This document shows, piece after piece, positions 9,074-18,446 of a DNA stretch of 64,000 bases (positions within the stretch are counted from its first letter, which is position 1; each line of letters starts with the position of its first letter). A program made the translations under genes and the position numbers. Under the pieces are notes generated by a model. That model did no database searches. It was not told where the DNA came from and worked only from the letters and a program-made list of their open reading frames with translations. The stretch comes from Myxococcales bacterium (lineage in GTDB: Bacteria > Myxococcota_A > Polyangia > Polyangiales > DASUME01), in assembly GCA_047601445.1 (NCBI GenBank), contig JASGJH010000001.1, positions 8,480,001-8,544,000 on the forward strand, read 5' to 3'.

Positions 9074-10417
9074 TCAGGGCTGCGGGCCGATCCAGGTGCC
9101 GCACGAGCCAGGCAGCCGGCCATGGAAGAACCCGCGGTCGTCACGGTCGAAGCGGCCGTCTCCGTTGCGGTCCCAGCTCCCGTACTCGCGCGCTCGATCG
9201 ACCGTGAATACGGCGCGCGGCGCTCCTTCGAGGTAGCTGTTGTGAAGGAGGACCACGGCGAAGTAGTTGCCGCGAGGCAGACCTTCGAAGGACAGCGTGC
9301 CCTGCTTGGCGCCGAGGTACGCCCACTGCGTGGCCGAGGGACCTCCGGGCGTCTGACCGCTTCGGTAGATCGCCACCCAGTCTTGTGCTTGTCCGGGCGT
9401 GCTCGACCAGCTCAGCTCGATCGGCTCACATTCGCCATACCTGGTCTTCTTGAGCGTCAGCGAAGGAGGCAGCGCGGCCGCGCAGTAGCCGCGGTCCGTG
9501 ATCGGGCCGACCACGAAGCAGGCCCGCGTCGAGAGCTCCTCGCTCGTCCCGTCGCGATACAGCGCGACGAAGTAGTCCCCGGCTGGCAGCCCTGGGAACG
9601 AGACGCTGCCCGCGGCCGCGCCCGCCAGCGTCTTGGCGGCAACGCGTGGGCTCTGTCCCGGCGTCGCGCCGCGCGCGTACACCGCGAGGTAGTCGTCCGG
9701 ATAGCCGGGACCGCCCGAGAAATTCACCGTGAGGGCCGCGCCAGCATCGATGCGGGCCGCCGGGAGATCCACGATCGAACGCACGTTGCCGACCGAGAAG
9801 CGCACCCGATCCGACGCTTCCGAGTAGCCGTCGTTCAAGAAGAAGGACGCGAAGTAGTAGCCAGGTTCGAGACCCGCGAACGTCGCGCTGCCCGCCGCGC
9901 CGACGTACTGCCACTGCGTCGACCCCTGCACGCTGGGAACATCCCCCGCGCGATAGACGCCCACCCAGTCGGTCGCGTTGCCCGGACCGCCGCTCCACTG
10001 CAAGGTCACGCTCGCGCCCGCAGGATAGGTCGCCGCGTCCGCGCTCAGTGCGACCTGGGCCCCGATCGCGAAGCTCACCCGCGTCGCGACCTCGCCGTAG
10101 CCATCGTTCGCGAAGAAGCCTGCGAAGTACTGCCCATCTTCGAGCCCCGTGAACAGCGCACTACCGTTGGGGCCGGCAACGTACTGGTACTGCGTGGACG
10201 CTACCTGTCCGGGTGTCTGGCCCGGCTTGTAGATTCCGAGCCAATCCGTCGCATTGCCCGGACCGTTCTGATAGCGAACCTCGACCGTCGCGCCGCTCGG
10301 ATAGCGCGCCTGGGTCACGAAAAGCTGCGGGGCCTGGGCAGCGACGATGCTCGACTGAAGGAGCCCGATCGCGAGCGAGAACCAAAGCCAGAATCTCTGC
10401 GCTTGAAGCCTGGGCAT
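9074..10417 (-). CDS. Secreted protein with four ~100-aa beta-sandwich-like repeats
   Basis: Signal peptide; four copies of GPGN/Y..DW/Y.G/A.Y..G.TP...F.GL..G.YF; co-oriented with and just upstream of the PLC gene. Confidence 0.75.
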   Translation of the reverse strand: MPRLQAQRFWLWFSLAIGLLQSSIVAAQAPQLFVTQARYPSGATVEVRYQNGPGNATDWLGIYKPGQTPGQVASTQYQYVAGPNGSALFTGLEDGQYFAGFFANDGYGEVATRVSFAIGAQVALSADAATYPAGASVTLQWSGGPGNATDWVGVYRAGDVPSVQGSTQWQYVGAAGSATFAGLEPGYYFASFFLNDGYSEASDRVRFSVGNVRSIVDLPAARIDAGAALTVNFSGGPGYPDDYLAVYARGATPGQSPRVAAKTLAGAAAGSVSFPGLPAGDYFVALYRDGTSEELSTRACFVVGPITDRGYCAAALPPSLTLKKTRYGECEPIELSWSSTPGQAQDWVAIYRSGQTPGGPSATQWAYLGAKQGTLSFEGLPRGNYFAVVLLHNSYLEGAPRAVFTVDRAREYGSWDRNGDGRFDRDDRGFFHGRLPGSCGTWIGPQP

Positions 10418-10732
10418 ATCGCTCCGTCCTTCGCTGTCGGTCGCCGACGCGCGGTGGGAGCAAACTACGAGGGTGAAGCAACACCCAGGTGAAAGGTGTC
10501 CAACTTCGCGGACGCACACCTTCACGACCTCGTGGCACGACGTCACCGATTCGCCGCAGGTCCTCGAACGCCATCTCCGCGCCACCTCGGAGACACCAAC
10601 CCCGTGTTCCACTCGCACCCGCCAGTGAACACTTCGCCTGGGACTCGTTGCGTTGGCGTGTCGCGGGGGCTCGAGCTGGCCGGGAGAGAGCGATTTGGCG
10701 TGAGAGGGGGCTAGGGTTGAGAAACGAGCGCT

Positions 10733-11590
10733 TCAGAGGCGCGCGAGCTTGTCGGGATTGCGCACGGCCCGGATGCCATAGATGAGTTGACCATCGGTCT
10801 CCAGGTTGATCACGGTCTCGACCCCTTCTGAATTGCGTAGCACCAGTGCGGGCCAACCGTTGATCTCCTCGACCGCGAAGCTCAGCTCGGGCGGCACCTT
10901 CTTGCCCAAGCCGTGATAAAAGCGCGCGACGTGATCCACGCCGTGGAGGGCCTGGGTGGCCGCGCTGGCCTTGCCTCCCCCGTCGGACCACGCGGTGACA
11001 TCGTTTGCCAACAACTTCTTGAGGCCGTCGAGATCGCCTGCACCGATGGCCATCATGAACTTGCCGAGCAGGTTCTGGTGGGCCTGCTTGTCCGGCGCGA
11101 AGCGCGGCCTGCCAGCAGTGACACTGCTTTTGGCACGGTGCAGGAGCTGACGACAGCTGGCCTCTTCGCGGCCGAGGATCTGCGAGATCTCGGCATGGCT
11201 GTAGTCGAACACCTCATGCAGCAAGTACACGGCACGCTCCAGGGGCGTGAGGCTCTGGAGCAGCACCAGGAAGGCGAGCGAGATCGACTCGAGGTCGGGC
11301 GGGTCCGCCGATTGCAGTTCGCGAGCCGAGCCGAACTCGGTGCGCACCGGCTCGGGCAGCCACGGCCCCACGTACTTCTCGCGGCGCACGCGCGCACTGG
11401 CGAGCTGGTCGAGGCACAGGCGCGTGACCATGGTAGAGAGAAACGCGCGCTCGGAGCGAACGTCGTCTCGCGGGGCGGATTGCCACTTGAGATAAGCGTC
11501 CTGCACCACGTCTTCGGCGTCGGCGGCCGAGCCGAGCATGCGGTACGCGATGCCGAAGAGCTGTGGGCGGTGGGCTTCGAAACCTTCCAT
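10733..11590 (-). CDS. ECF41-type (SigJ-like) sigma factor with C-terminal SnoaL-like extension
   Basis: AYRMLGSAADAEDVVQDA; YVGPWLPEP; SDGGGK; RNPDKL motifs of ECF41. Confidence 0.92.
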   Translation of the reverse strand: MEGFEAHRPQLFGIAYRMLGSAADAEDVVQDAYLKWQSAPRDDVRSERAFLSTMVTRLCLDQLASARVRREKYVGPWLPEPVRTEFGSARELQSADPPDLESISLAFLVLLQSLTPLERAVYLLHEVFDYSHAEISQILGREEASCRQLLHRAKSSVTAGRPRFAPDKQAHQNLLGKFMMAIGAGDLDGLKKLLANDVTAWSDGGGKASAATQALHGVDHVARFYHGLGKKVPPELSFAVEEINGWPALVLRNSEGVETVINLETDGQLIYGIRAVRNPDKLARL

Positions 11591-11598
11591 GATTCCTC

Positions 11599-12768
11599 CT
11601 AGCCTGCCACGTTCTCGGGCAACCGCGCGTGTTCCCCGGTCGTACGCAGTCCGAACCGTCGGGACCACGCGCTGCGCTGGCGCTCGAGCCGCAACACCCA
11701 GGTTGTGCTCCTGCAGACGAGCTCCTTGAACCAGGCCGCCGCCTGTCCGGTCAGCGCGCGTCCGCGCAGGCTCGTGTCCCGTGCGCGGCCCTGGATCAAC
11801 CCGTCGTTGCGCCCGAGGCTCACGCAGAAGAAGGGCGATCGGAAAACGAGTGGCCGCTCGCGCTCACCACGCGCACTACGCGCGATATTGTTGGCGGCGT
11901 GGAAGCCCGTGGGGAGAGCACTCTTGCAGCCCATCGGCATGGGATCACCCACGGACTCCACTGGCAATGCGCAGTCGCCCACTGCATAGACATGGGGGTG
12001 CGAGAGAGAACGCAAGCGGGCATCCACGCTCACCTGTCCCAGCGCGTTCACTTGCAGTCCAGCCTCCCTGGCGATGGGCGAAGCCTCGAATCCAACACAC
12101 CACAGGCACGCATCGTAGGCCACGACTCCCCGGTCGGTGTGCGCGCCGCGTTCGCTCAGCGAAGCAACTTTGGCGTGCTGAATCAGCTCCACACCAAGAC
12201 GCTCGAGCGTACGGAGGACGTGCTCGCGCCCTCGCTTCGACCAGCCATCCGCGACCTCACCACGTGTCAGCAACGTGACTCGCAGAGTGGGCCAGCGTTC
12301 CGCCAGCTCGGTGGCCGCTTCGACCCCAGTCAGTCCTCCGCCGACCACGAGCAAGCGGCCGGCGCGCGCCGCGATCTCTGGCACGCGCTGGGCTAGGCGG
12401 GCCGCGTCGGAGCCATCGAGGGTGAAGGCATGTTCGCGCACCCCCGGTGTGTTGCCCAGCAGGGACCGCGATCCCATCGCCAGCACCAGACGGTCCCAGG
12501 GCAGGCTTTGCCCGGATACCCGCACCACCTGTGCGGCGAGATCGATGTGCTCTATCTGTCCCAGGGTGAGCGAGACTTCCGTTCCCTCCAGCAGCTCAGC
12601 CAGGGCCTGGTGCGGTGCGAGTCCGTGGGCAACCTGCTCATGAAGGCGAATTCGTTCGCAGAAATGGGCATCCCGCGTGACGAGCGTGACCTGTGTACGA
12701 CGCTCACGCGAGAGGCGTAAGGCGCATGCCACGCCCGCGTACCCAGCTCCCAAGACCATGATTCGCAT
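11599..12768 (-). CDS. FAD-dependent oxidoreductase (NDH-2-like), ECF41-associated
   Basis: VLGAGYAG and VVGGGLTGVE Rossmann motifs; ERIRLH; YAVGDC; CVSLGR. Confidence 0.88.
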   Translation of the reverse strand: MRIMVLGAGYAGVACALRLSRERRTQVTLVTRDAHFCERIRLHEQVAHGLAPHQALAELLEGTEVSLTLGQIEHIDLAAQVVRVSGQSLPWDRLVLAMGSRSLLGNTPGVREHAFTLDGSDAARLAQRVPEIAARAGRLLVVGGGLTGVEAATELAERWPTLRVTLLTRGEVADGWSKRGREHVLRTLERLGVELIQHAKVASLSERGAHTDRGVVAYDACLWCVGFEASPIAREAGLQVNALGQVSVDARLRSLSHPHVYAVGDCALPVESVGDPMPMGCKSALPTGFHAANNIARSARGERERPLVFRSPFFCVSLGRNDGLIQGRARDTSLRGRALTGQAAAWFKELVCRSTTWVLRLERQRSAWSRRFGLRTTGEHARLPENVAG

Positions 12769-12792
12769 CGGCTCTCTCCTCCTGAGAGCCAA

Positions 12793-12820
12793 GACGGGGT
12801 AGGGGGGCCCGAACGTGACA
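12793..12820 (-). promoter_or_regulatory. ECF41-dependent promoter
   Basis: Minus strand TGTCACG-N17-CGTC directly upstream of the oxidoreductase-sigma operon; ECF41 consensus is TGTCACA-N16/17-CGTC. Confidence 0.75.
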
Positions 12821-12946
12821 GCCTAAAAAACGGGGGGTGTGTAGGCTCCGTGGGGGGCGCAGGGGCTCAGCTGCCGTAGGCGGCAGTGACTGTCGTCCGC
12901 CCGGTATCGCGAGCCCTCACTCGAGCCAGCGCAGATCCCTCTCGAG

Positions 12947-14221
12947 TTACTCGGAGGGATCGCTGATCAGCGCGCCCGGTGCGCTGTCGGACTCGTTGCG
13001 CTTCAGCGCGCCGACCACCACCGAGAGCGCGAACAGGCTGGTCAAGGTGACGAAGCCGACGGCCCAGAAGCAGCTCTCGGGACGGCCAGTGAGCTCTTCC
13101 AAATAGCCGAAACCCAGCGGCAGCAGGAAGCCACCGAGGCCCCCGAGCGTACCGACGATGCCGCCCACCGCGCCGACGTCACGCGGATAGTAGCTGGGCA
13201 CGTACTTGTAAACGGAAGCCTTGCCCACGCCCATGCCCACGCCGAGCACCTCGACCAGCGCGAACGTGCCCCACAGTCCCAGCGTCTGAGTGTCGACGAC
13301 CGAGAGCACCAGCGAGGCCAAGGTCATGATCACGAAGGTCGCGTAGGTCACCGACCGCGCGCCGAAGCGATCCGACAGATAGCCGCCGAGCGGACGCAGC
13401 AGGCTGGCCGGAAAGATGAAGAAGGCGGTCAGCAGCGCAGCGCTCGGGAGGCCCAGCTTGAACACGCTGGCGTAGTAGTTGGGCATCCAGACCGAGAGCG
13501 CGACGTAGGCGCCGAACACCACCACGTAGTACAGGCCGAAGCGCCAGACGCGCATCTCAGACAGCGGGCTCAGCAGCGTGGAGAGCGAACGGCCGGCGCC
13601 GGGCTTGCGGTCGGGCGCGGGGGACATGGTCCACAGCACGATGGCCATGATCACCAGGAGCACCGTGTAGAGCACGGGCACGAAGCGCCAGCCACCGGGG
13701 ATCGAGCCGCCGAACAGGCCGCTGGCCGGCACGATCGCGATCAGCGTCGGACCGATGAGCTTGGTGATCGAAGCGCCGACGTTGCCCGCGCCGAAGGTGC
13801 CGAGCGCCACACCCTGGCGTTGCGCCGAGAACCAGGCGGAGGTCCAGGCCACACCGCTGGTGAACGAGTTGCCCGCGAGACCGAAGAACAACGCGTAGAC
13901 CATCAGCTCCGTGTAGCTGCTGGCATAGGCGGTGAGCAGGCAGGGGACAGCCGTGATCAGCGTGATGGTGGTCATCGCGACTCGGCCGCCCACGCGGTCA
14001 GCCCAGAGGCCGAACGGCAAGCGCCACATCGCACCGCTGAGGATGGCGATGGCGGTGAGCCACGAGAACTGCACCTTGTTGAGGCCGAACTCGGCCTTGA
14101 TCGGCACCGCAAGCACGCCGAGCATCAGCCACACGGCGAACAGCAGCGTGAAAGAGGTGGTGGCCAGTGTGAGGACGCGTGCCGCGCCCTTGTCTTCAGA
14201 ACTGAGCTGCCTCGTGTCCAC
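12947..14221 (-). CDS. narK: NarK/NasA-type nitrate/nitrite MFS transporter
   Basis: WRLPFGLWADRVGGR; FGAGNVG; YYVVVFGAYVA; LRPLGGYLSDRFG; GGLGGF; probable GTG start after GGGAG. Confidence 0.85.
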   Translation of the reverse strand: MDTRQLSSEDKGAARVLTLATTSFTLLFAVWLMLGVLAVPIKAEFGLNKVQFSWLTAIAILSGAMWRLPFGLWADRVGGRVAMTTITLITAVPCLLTAYASSYTELMVYALFFGLAGNSFTSGVAWTSAWFSAQRQGVALGTFGAGNVGASITKLIGPTLIAIVPASGLFGGSIPGGWRFVPVLYTVLLVIMAIVLWTMSPAPDRKPGAGRSLSTLLSPLSEMRVWRFGLYYVVVFGAYVALSVWMPNYYASVFKLGLPSAALLTAFFIFPASLLRPLGGYLSDRFGARSVTYATFVIMTLASLVLSVVDTQTLGLWGTFALVEVLGVGMGVGKASVYKYVPSYYPRDVGAVGGIVGTLGGLGGFLLPLGFGYLEELTGRPESCFWAVGFVTLTSLFALSVVVGALKRNESDSAPGALISDPSE

Positions 14222-14296
14222 GTTCGGCTCCCTGCAAGCGGTTACAAAAGGCGTTGGCGGTGTGCCGCAGCGACGTCTATCTCGGAACACTCTTCA

Positions 14297-14311
14297 GCAA
14301 GCCATGTGCCG
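14297..14311 (-). promoter_or_regulatory. Candidate sigma54 promoter of narK
   Basis: Minus strand CGGCACATGGCTTGC(T), matching GGCAC-N5-TTGC. Confidence 0.65.
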
Positions 14312-14603
14312 TACCTCGCTTCGTGCGATTTGCCCGTATTAAACGCGGTCTTCGTTCGCCGTGCGAGGGCACGCGGACAACAAAAACGTAGCGCCACGAC
14401 GTTCGCGTATCGAACATATCGAGCCTCGATACATTCTCGCTTTCGCTCGTATTTCTTGATGGTTTCTTCGCGCATTCTCACGCGTTCCGGCGGGCATTGC
14501 GCGTGGACACGCTGCGTTCGCACCGGCCGCCGAATGCATCGACGATCGATATTCTTTATATCGATGATCGATATATTTCGGTGTGCCGCCGCGCTCTTCG
14601 GGC

Positions 14604-15104
14604 TCAGCGCCGGTACTTCCAGGCCCACTCGATGACAAAGCGTGCTGGTTCATGCCCCTCCCCATCGAGCACCTGCACCGGCACTCTGAGGCGGCCTTTG
14701 GGCTCCTCGCGCAGCATCCGCTGCTGCGCCTGATCGAGCGTCGCGTGCGCCACCAAGTCTCCGACGGCGCGGCGCACGAAGTCGATCTCCGAGCGCGTCA
14801 CCGAATAGCGAGTGCCGTCCGGTAGGTTGGAGGCCAGCACGGTGCCGGTCGCGGCCTCGGCGAGGAGATACATGGCCGAAGCGTGCACCGAACGCATGTG
14901 GTTCTGCACCTTGCGCTGATTGCGGACGCGTAACTTGGCGGAGCTCGGATCGAACTCGAGGAGCTCGACGGACGACGTGGACAGGTACGGAATGGTCAGG
15001 CCCATGCCGAGCGTGAGCACTTGCTGACGCAGGCGCCGTGGCAGGGGGAGCGCGCTGACACGCGCGTTCACGCGATTGAACTGGTTGGTCTGCGGGGTAG
15101 TCAT
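14604..15104 (-). CDS. Hotdog-fold thioesterase (PaaI/DUF4442-like)
   Basis: VQNHMRSVHASAMYLLAEAATG. Confidence 0.8.
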   Translation of the reverse strand: MTTPQTNQFNRVNARVSALPLPRRLRQQVLTLGMGLTIPYLSTSSVELLEFDPSSAKLRVRNQRKVQNHMRSVHASAMYLLAEAATGTVLASNLPDGTRYSVTRSEIDFVRRAVGDLVAHATLDQAQQRMLREEPKGRLRVPVQVLDGEGHEPARFVIEWAWKYRR

Positions 15105-15151
15105 GGCGGTGATCCTCGTGTTGATTGCCTCGTATGGAACCGTGATTGCCG

Positions 15152-16063
15152 CTATGCGCGGTCTGGTGTGTTAGCTCGGTACTGACCCGTGAGCACTGCG
15201 TGGCCGGACGCCTTGTCCACCACGACGACGTCGCCTGCGTGCGCGTACACCTCGAGCTCCGCCGGCAACACCACGGGCGCCAAGAGCCTGCAACTCCATC
15301 CGCCGAGACGGTGCACGTCGCCGCCGAAGAGCGTCGAGTTCAGCGCCTCGATGGTATGCGCGACCGTGCCGTACCCCTGGAGCACCACGCCACGAAAGCC
15401 AGCGGCCCGTGCCGCCTGCGGGATCCAGTGGATTGGGTTGAAGTCTCCAGTGAGTTTGGCGAACTCCAGCCCGGCGTGACGGCCGAGCTTGATGCAAGTG
15501 AGCGCGGAGTTGGTGGGGAGCACTGGGCGAGCCTTGACTGGCTTGGAAGGTGCCTTTGCGGGCGCGGCGCGGGGCCTTTCGCGAGGGAACAGGCTGACGC
15601 CGTCCGTCACGAGCCCGCGCGGCGCACTTCGAGTCGTGCTCACCAGACGCCCGGTCGCGATGGCGCGACGGCCGTCGTCGTCTACCGTCACGGGCTCTGC
15701 CGTCACGAGCAGTGGTTCGTCGGCGGGCAGCGGGTCGCGCACTTCGAACGAACAGCCGAGGTTGATCACGCGCCGCAGCGGGAGCCCGCTGGACTCCAGC
15801 ATGCTCGCGGCCACACCGATGCTCCATTGGGGCGCGAGGTGCGGCGGCAGCGTGTTCCCGTAGCGCCGCGGATCGCCGCCAAGGTACGCCACGAAGTCGC
15901 GGACCAGGGCTGGCTTCAGAGGCGGCAAGGTGACGACCAGGGGCTCCGAGCGGAGCTCTGCGGGCGATACCCCCAAGCGCGACGTAACCTGTGCCCGCAC
16001 TACGCGCACCATCGCCCCGAAGGCCTCGCGCTGCTCCAGGATATGCAAGTTCGGCACTCTCAT
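15152..16063 (-). CDS. MaoC-family (R)-enoyl-CoA hydratase, double hotdog
   Basis: FAKLTGDFNPIHWIPQAARAAGFRGVVLQG hydratase motif. Confidence 0.85.
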   Translation of the reverse strand: MRVPNLHILEQREAFGAMVRVVRAQVTSRLGVSPAELRSEPLVVTLPPLKPALVRDFVAYLGGDPRRYGNTLPPHLAPQWSIGVAASMLESSGLPLRRVINLGCSFEVRDPLPADEPLLVTAEPVTVDDDGRRAIATGRLVSTTRSAPRGLVTDGVSLFPRERPRAAPAKAPSKPVKARPVLPTNSALTCIKLGRHAGLEFAKLTGDFNPIHWIPQAARAAGFRGVVLQGYGTVAHTIEALNSTLFGGDVHRLGGWSCRLLAPVVLPAELEVYAHAGDVVVVDKASGHAVLTGQYRANTPDRA

Positions 16064-16080
16064 CGGTGTGCTCCTCTACA

Positions 16081-16119
16081 TACTACGCATGTAAACTATA
16101 ATGGTTCGCATGCGTAGTA
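16081..16119. promoter_or_regulatory. Probable MarR operator in the divergent promoter region
   Basis: Perfect 11-bp inverted repeat TACTACGCATG-N17-CATGCGTAGTA enclosing TATAAT (16097-16102). Confidence 0.7.
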
Positions 16120-16177
16120 AGTGCAAGGGGCGGGAGGGGTGACCGGCGTGCTCGGGGCGGACTACACTCGCCTGGTC

Positions 16178-16645
16178 ATGGAAGAGCGTCTGTACTTTTT
16201 GCTCAACGCCGCCCAGCACGAACTACGGCAGTTCGTCGATCAGGAGGGCCTCGGGCGCACGGGTCTCACCTCGGCTCAGATGGGGGTCTTGTTCTTCGTC
16301 GCGCGGAACGACGGCTGCCTCCTGAGCGAGGTCGGCAAGGCTCTTGGGGTCAAGAGCGCCGCCGTCACCGGGCTGATCTCCCGCACCGAAAAAACCGGGG
16401 TGATCCGACGCAAGGCAAGCGCCGAAGATCGCCGCGCCGCCCAGCTATTCCTTACCCCCAAGGGCCGCCGGTTGCTCACCGACATCCACCGCCTCAACAT
16501 CGAACTCAACGCCGCCTTGCGGGAGGGCTTCAGCTACGATGAGCTGGCGGTGGTGGTGCGCTTTCTGGAGCACGTCAGGACGCTGCCTTCCCGCGAGGCA
16601 CCGCGGCAGGCTCGTCGCAAGGGGGAGGGCGTGGCGGAGAGCTGA
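16178..16645 (+). CDS. MarR family regulator
   Basis: GLTSAQMGVL...SAAVTGLISRTEKTGVIRR...EDRRAAQLFLTPKG. Confidence 0.9.
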   Translation: MEERLYFLLNAAQHELRQFVDQEGLGRTGLTSAQMGVLFFVARNDGCLLSEVGKALGVKSAAVTGLISRTEKTGVIRRKASAEDRRAAQLFLTPKGRRLLTDIHRLNIELNAALREGFSYDELAVVVRFLEHVRTLPSREAPRQARRKGEGVAES

Positions 16646-16686
16646 GCGCGGTGGACGAGAAGAGCTTGGGGGCGCGTCGCTAGCGG

Positions 16687-16968
16687 CTACTTGGCGACAC
16701 CCTCGGCCGTGGCCACGCGCGCGCTCCGTCGGCGCTTCGTCGCGTGATCCGCGGGGGGCAGCATGCTACGGGACGCCTCGGGACCTACGGGCACATGCTG
16801 GAGTTCCCCGAGCGCGGGCCTAGAGGAGCGCGAAAGGGTCTCCGGCGTGCGCATTTGCAGCTCGTCTGCGCGCGTCGCTGAGGCCGTCGGCGCGGCACCC
16901 GGAGCAACCCCTTGCTGGGCACCGCACGCGAAACACAAGAGCGACAACACGAGCAATCCTGGGCGCAT
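16687..16968 (-). CDS. Small putative lipoprotein
   Basis: MRPGLLVLSLLCFAC lipobox-like start. Confidence 0.45.
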   Translation of the reverse strand: MRPGLLVLSLLCFACGAQQGVAPGAAPTASATRADELQMRTPETLSRSSRPALGELQHVPVGPEASRSMLPPADHATKRRRSARVATAEGVAK

Positions 16969-17068
16969 CTTGTGGTTCCCCCGTCGACTGGGCCCACCAT
17001 ATCGCAGGGAGTCGCCCGCGCCAGTACCAGCCGCCAAGTCGTCAGCGCAGGCGCCCCGCTGCGAGCCC

Positions 17069-18259
17069 TCACCTCGGCGTGACCTGATTGGATTCCAGGT
17101 GGTTGTTCTCGCCATACACGGCGAGGCCGACCCCGGCAGTATCGGTGATGCGATTGCCGACCACGATGTTGTCGTCGCTGTCGATCAAGAAACCGAAGTC
17201 CCCATTGTCGAAGGCGGCGTTGTTCTCCAGCTGACTATAGGAAGAGTCGCCGTCGACCAGCAGCGCTGCGGTGCTGAAGTCGCTCAGCCGGTTGCGTTCG
17301 ACCAGCGTGTACCGGGCTCCCTCTCCGGACACACGGATGCCGATGCTCCCATGGCGCAGCAGATTGGCGGTCAACTCGTTGTTCTCCGTGGGGCCCGCGC
17401 TGCCGATCACGCTGATGCCGCTCGCGCTGGCCCCTTCGATCTTGTTCGCCTCGACCACGGCCTCGCTCGTCGCCAGGAGCGCCACGCCGATCTCGCAGTG
17501 ATCGATGTGATTGAGCGCGACTTCCGTGTGAGGCGCCGAGCCGAACAACAAGATGCCGGTGGATTCCGTTCCCTCCCCCAGATACTCGTTGCCTTCGACG
17601 TGGTTGAGCTTGATGCTGGCATGGGCACCCCCGCTCACCTGAATGCCGTTCTGAGCGATGATGGTTACCGGACCCATGCCCGTCACGCGATTGAGATAGA
17701 TCTCCGCGTCCACGTCGCCTACCACCAGGATGCCCGTCTTTTGATAGGTGATCACGCGATTGCCCGTGATGTGCACCTGGCGTGTCCCCGGATGCGTGCC
17801 GTCGAAGGGCGGACTGCGCACCTCGATGCCGGACCCTTCCTGACAGCCGCTGTTGACCTGTCGAATGTTGCGCACCGTGTTGCCCACCAGCGATCCAGAC
17901 GCCGACTCGAGGTAGATGCCCCGCAACCGCAAGTCCACTGGCGTGGCCGCATCACATGCGTTGGCCAGGCTTTGCGTGTCGATCACGAGATTGCGCACGT
18001 GCGCCACCGCTCCGCTGTTCTTGACCACCGCGCCCAAGAAATGCCCGCCCGCCGGGTCGCGCGCCGTGATCGTTTTTCCCGCTCCCTCCAGGGTCATCCC
18101 GTTCGGCACGTTCAGCGTGGCATCCGTCGAGCAGTTCGTCCGAAGCACCATCGTTTTGCCCAGGGTGGTGAACACGCAGTCCGATTCTGCGCGCGCCTCC
18201 GTCACGTTCACGCTCCAGAGCCCCAGCGCTACCAAGCCGCCAACCGCGAGTCGCTTCAT
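17069..18259 (-). CDS. Secreted right-handed parallel beta-helix protein (NosD/pectin-lyase-like fold)
   Basis: Signal peptide ARA-E; repeated GI.V....N.I/V units; YQKTGI and AQNGIQVS. Confidence 0.8.
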   Translation of the reverse strand: MKRLAVGGLVALGLWSVNVTEARAESDCVFTTLGKTMVLRTNCSTDATLNVPNGMTLEGAGKTITARDPAGGHFLGAVVKNSGAVAHVRNLVIDTQSLANACDAATPVDLRLRGIYLESASGSLVGNTVRNIRQVNSGCQEGSGIEVRSPPFDGTHPGTRQVHITGNRVITYQKTGILVVGDVDAEIYLNRVTGMGPVTIIAQNGIQVSGGAHASIKLNHVEGNEYLGEGTESTGILLFGSAPHTEVALNHIDHCEIGVALLATSEAVVEANKIEGASASGISVIGSAGPTENNELTANLLRHGSIGIRVSGEGARYTLVERNRLSDFSTAALLVDGDSSYSQLENNAAFDNGDFGFLIDSDDNIVVGNRITDTAGVGLAVYGENNHLESNQVTPR

Positions 18260-18446
18260 GGTCGCCCCCTTGTGGTGGCCACCATAGGGCAATAACGAGC
18301 CGGACTTTGCAACCGGGTTGATCGGCGAGCGTGGAGCTCATCAACGGCGGCGGGCAGCGCGCCACACACAGGATGCGACAGCTCGAAATTGGGAACGCTG
18401 CGATTGCCCTTGCCTGTCCACCGGCATTGGCCGACGCTCTGCCACC

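Noticed and set aside
6854..10492. Long plus-strand ORFs 6854-8122 and 9047-10492
   Set aside because: Antisense shadows of the PLC and repeat-protein genes, typical of high-GC DNA
16763..18295. 510-aa plus-strand ORF
   Set aside because: Antisense to the beta-helix gene
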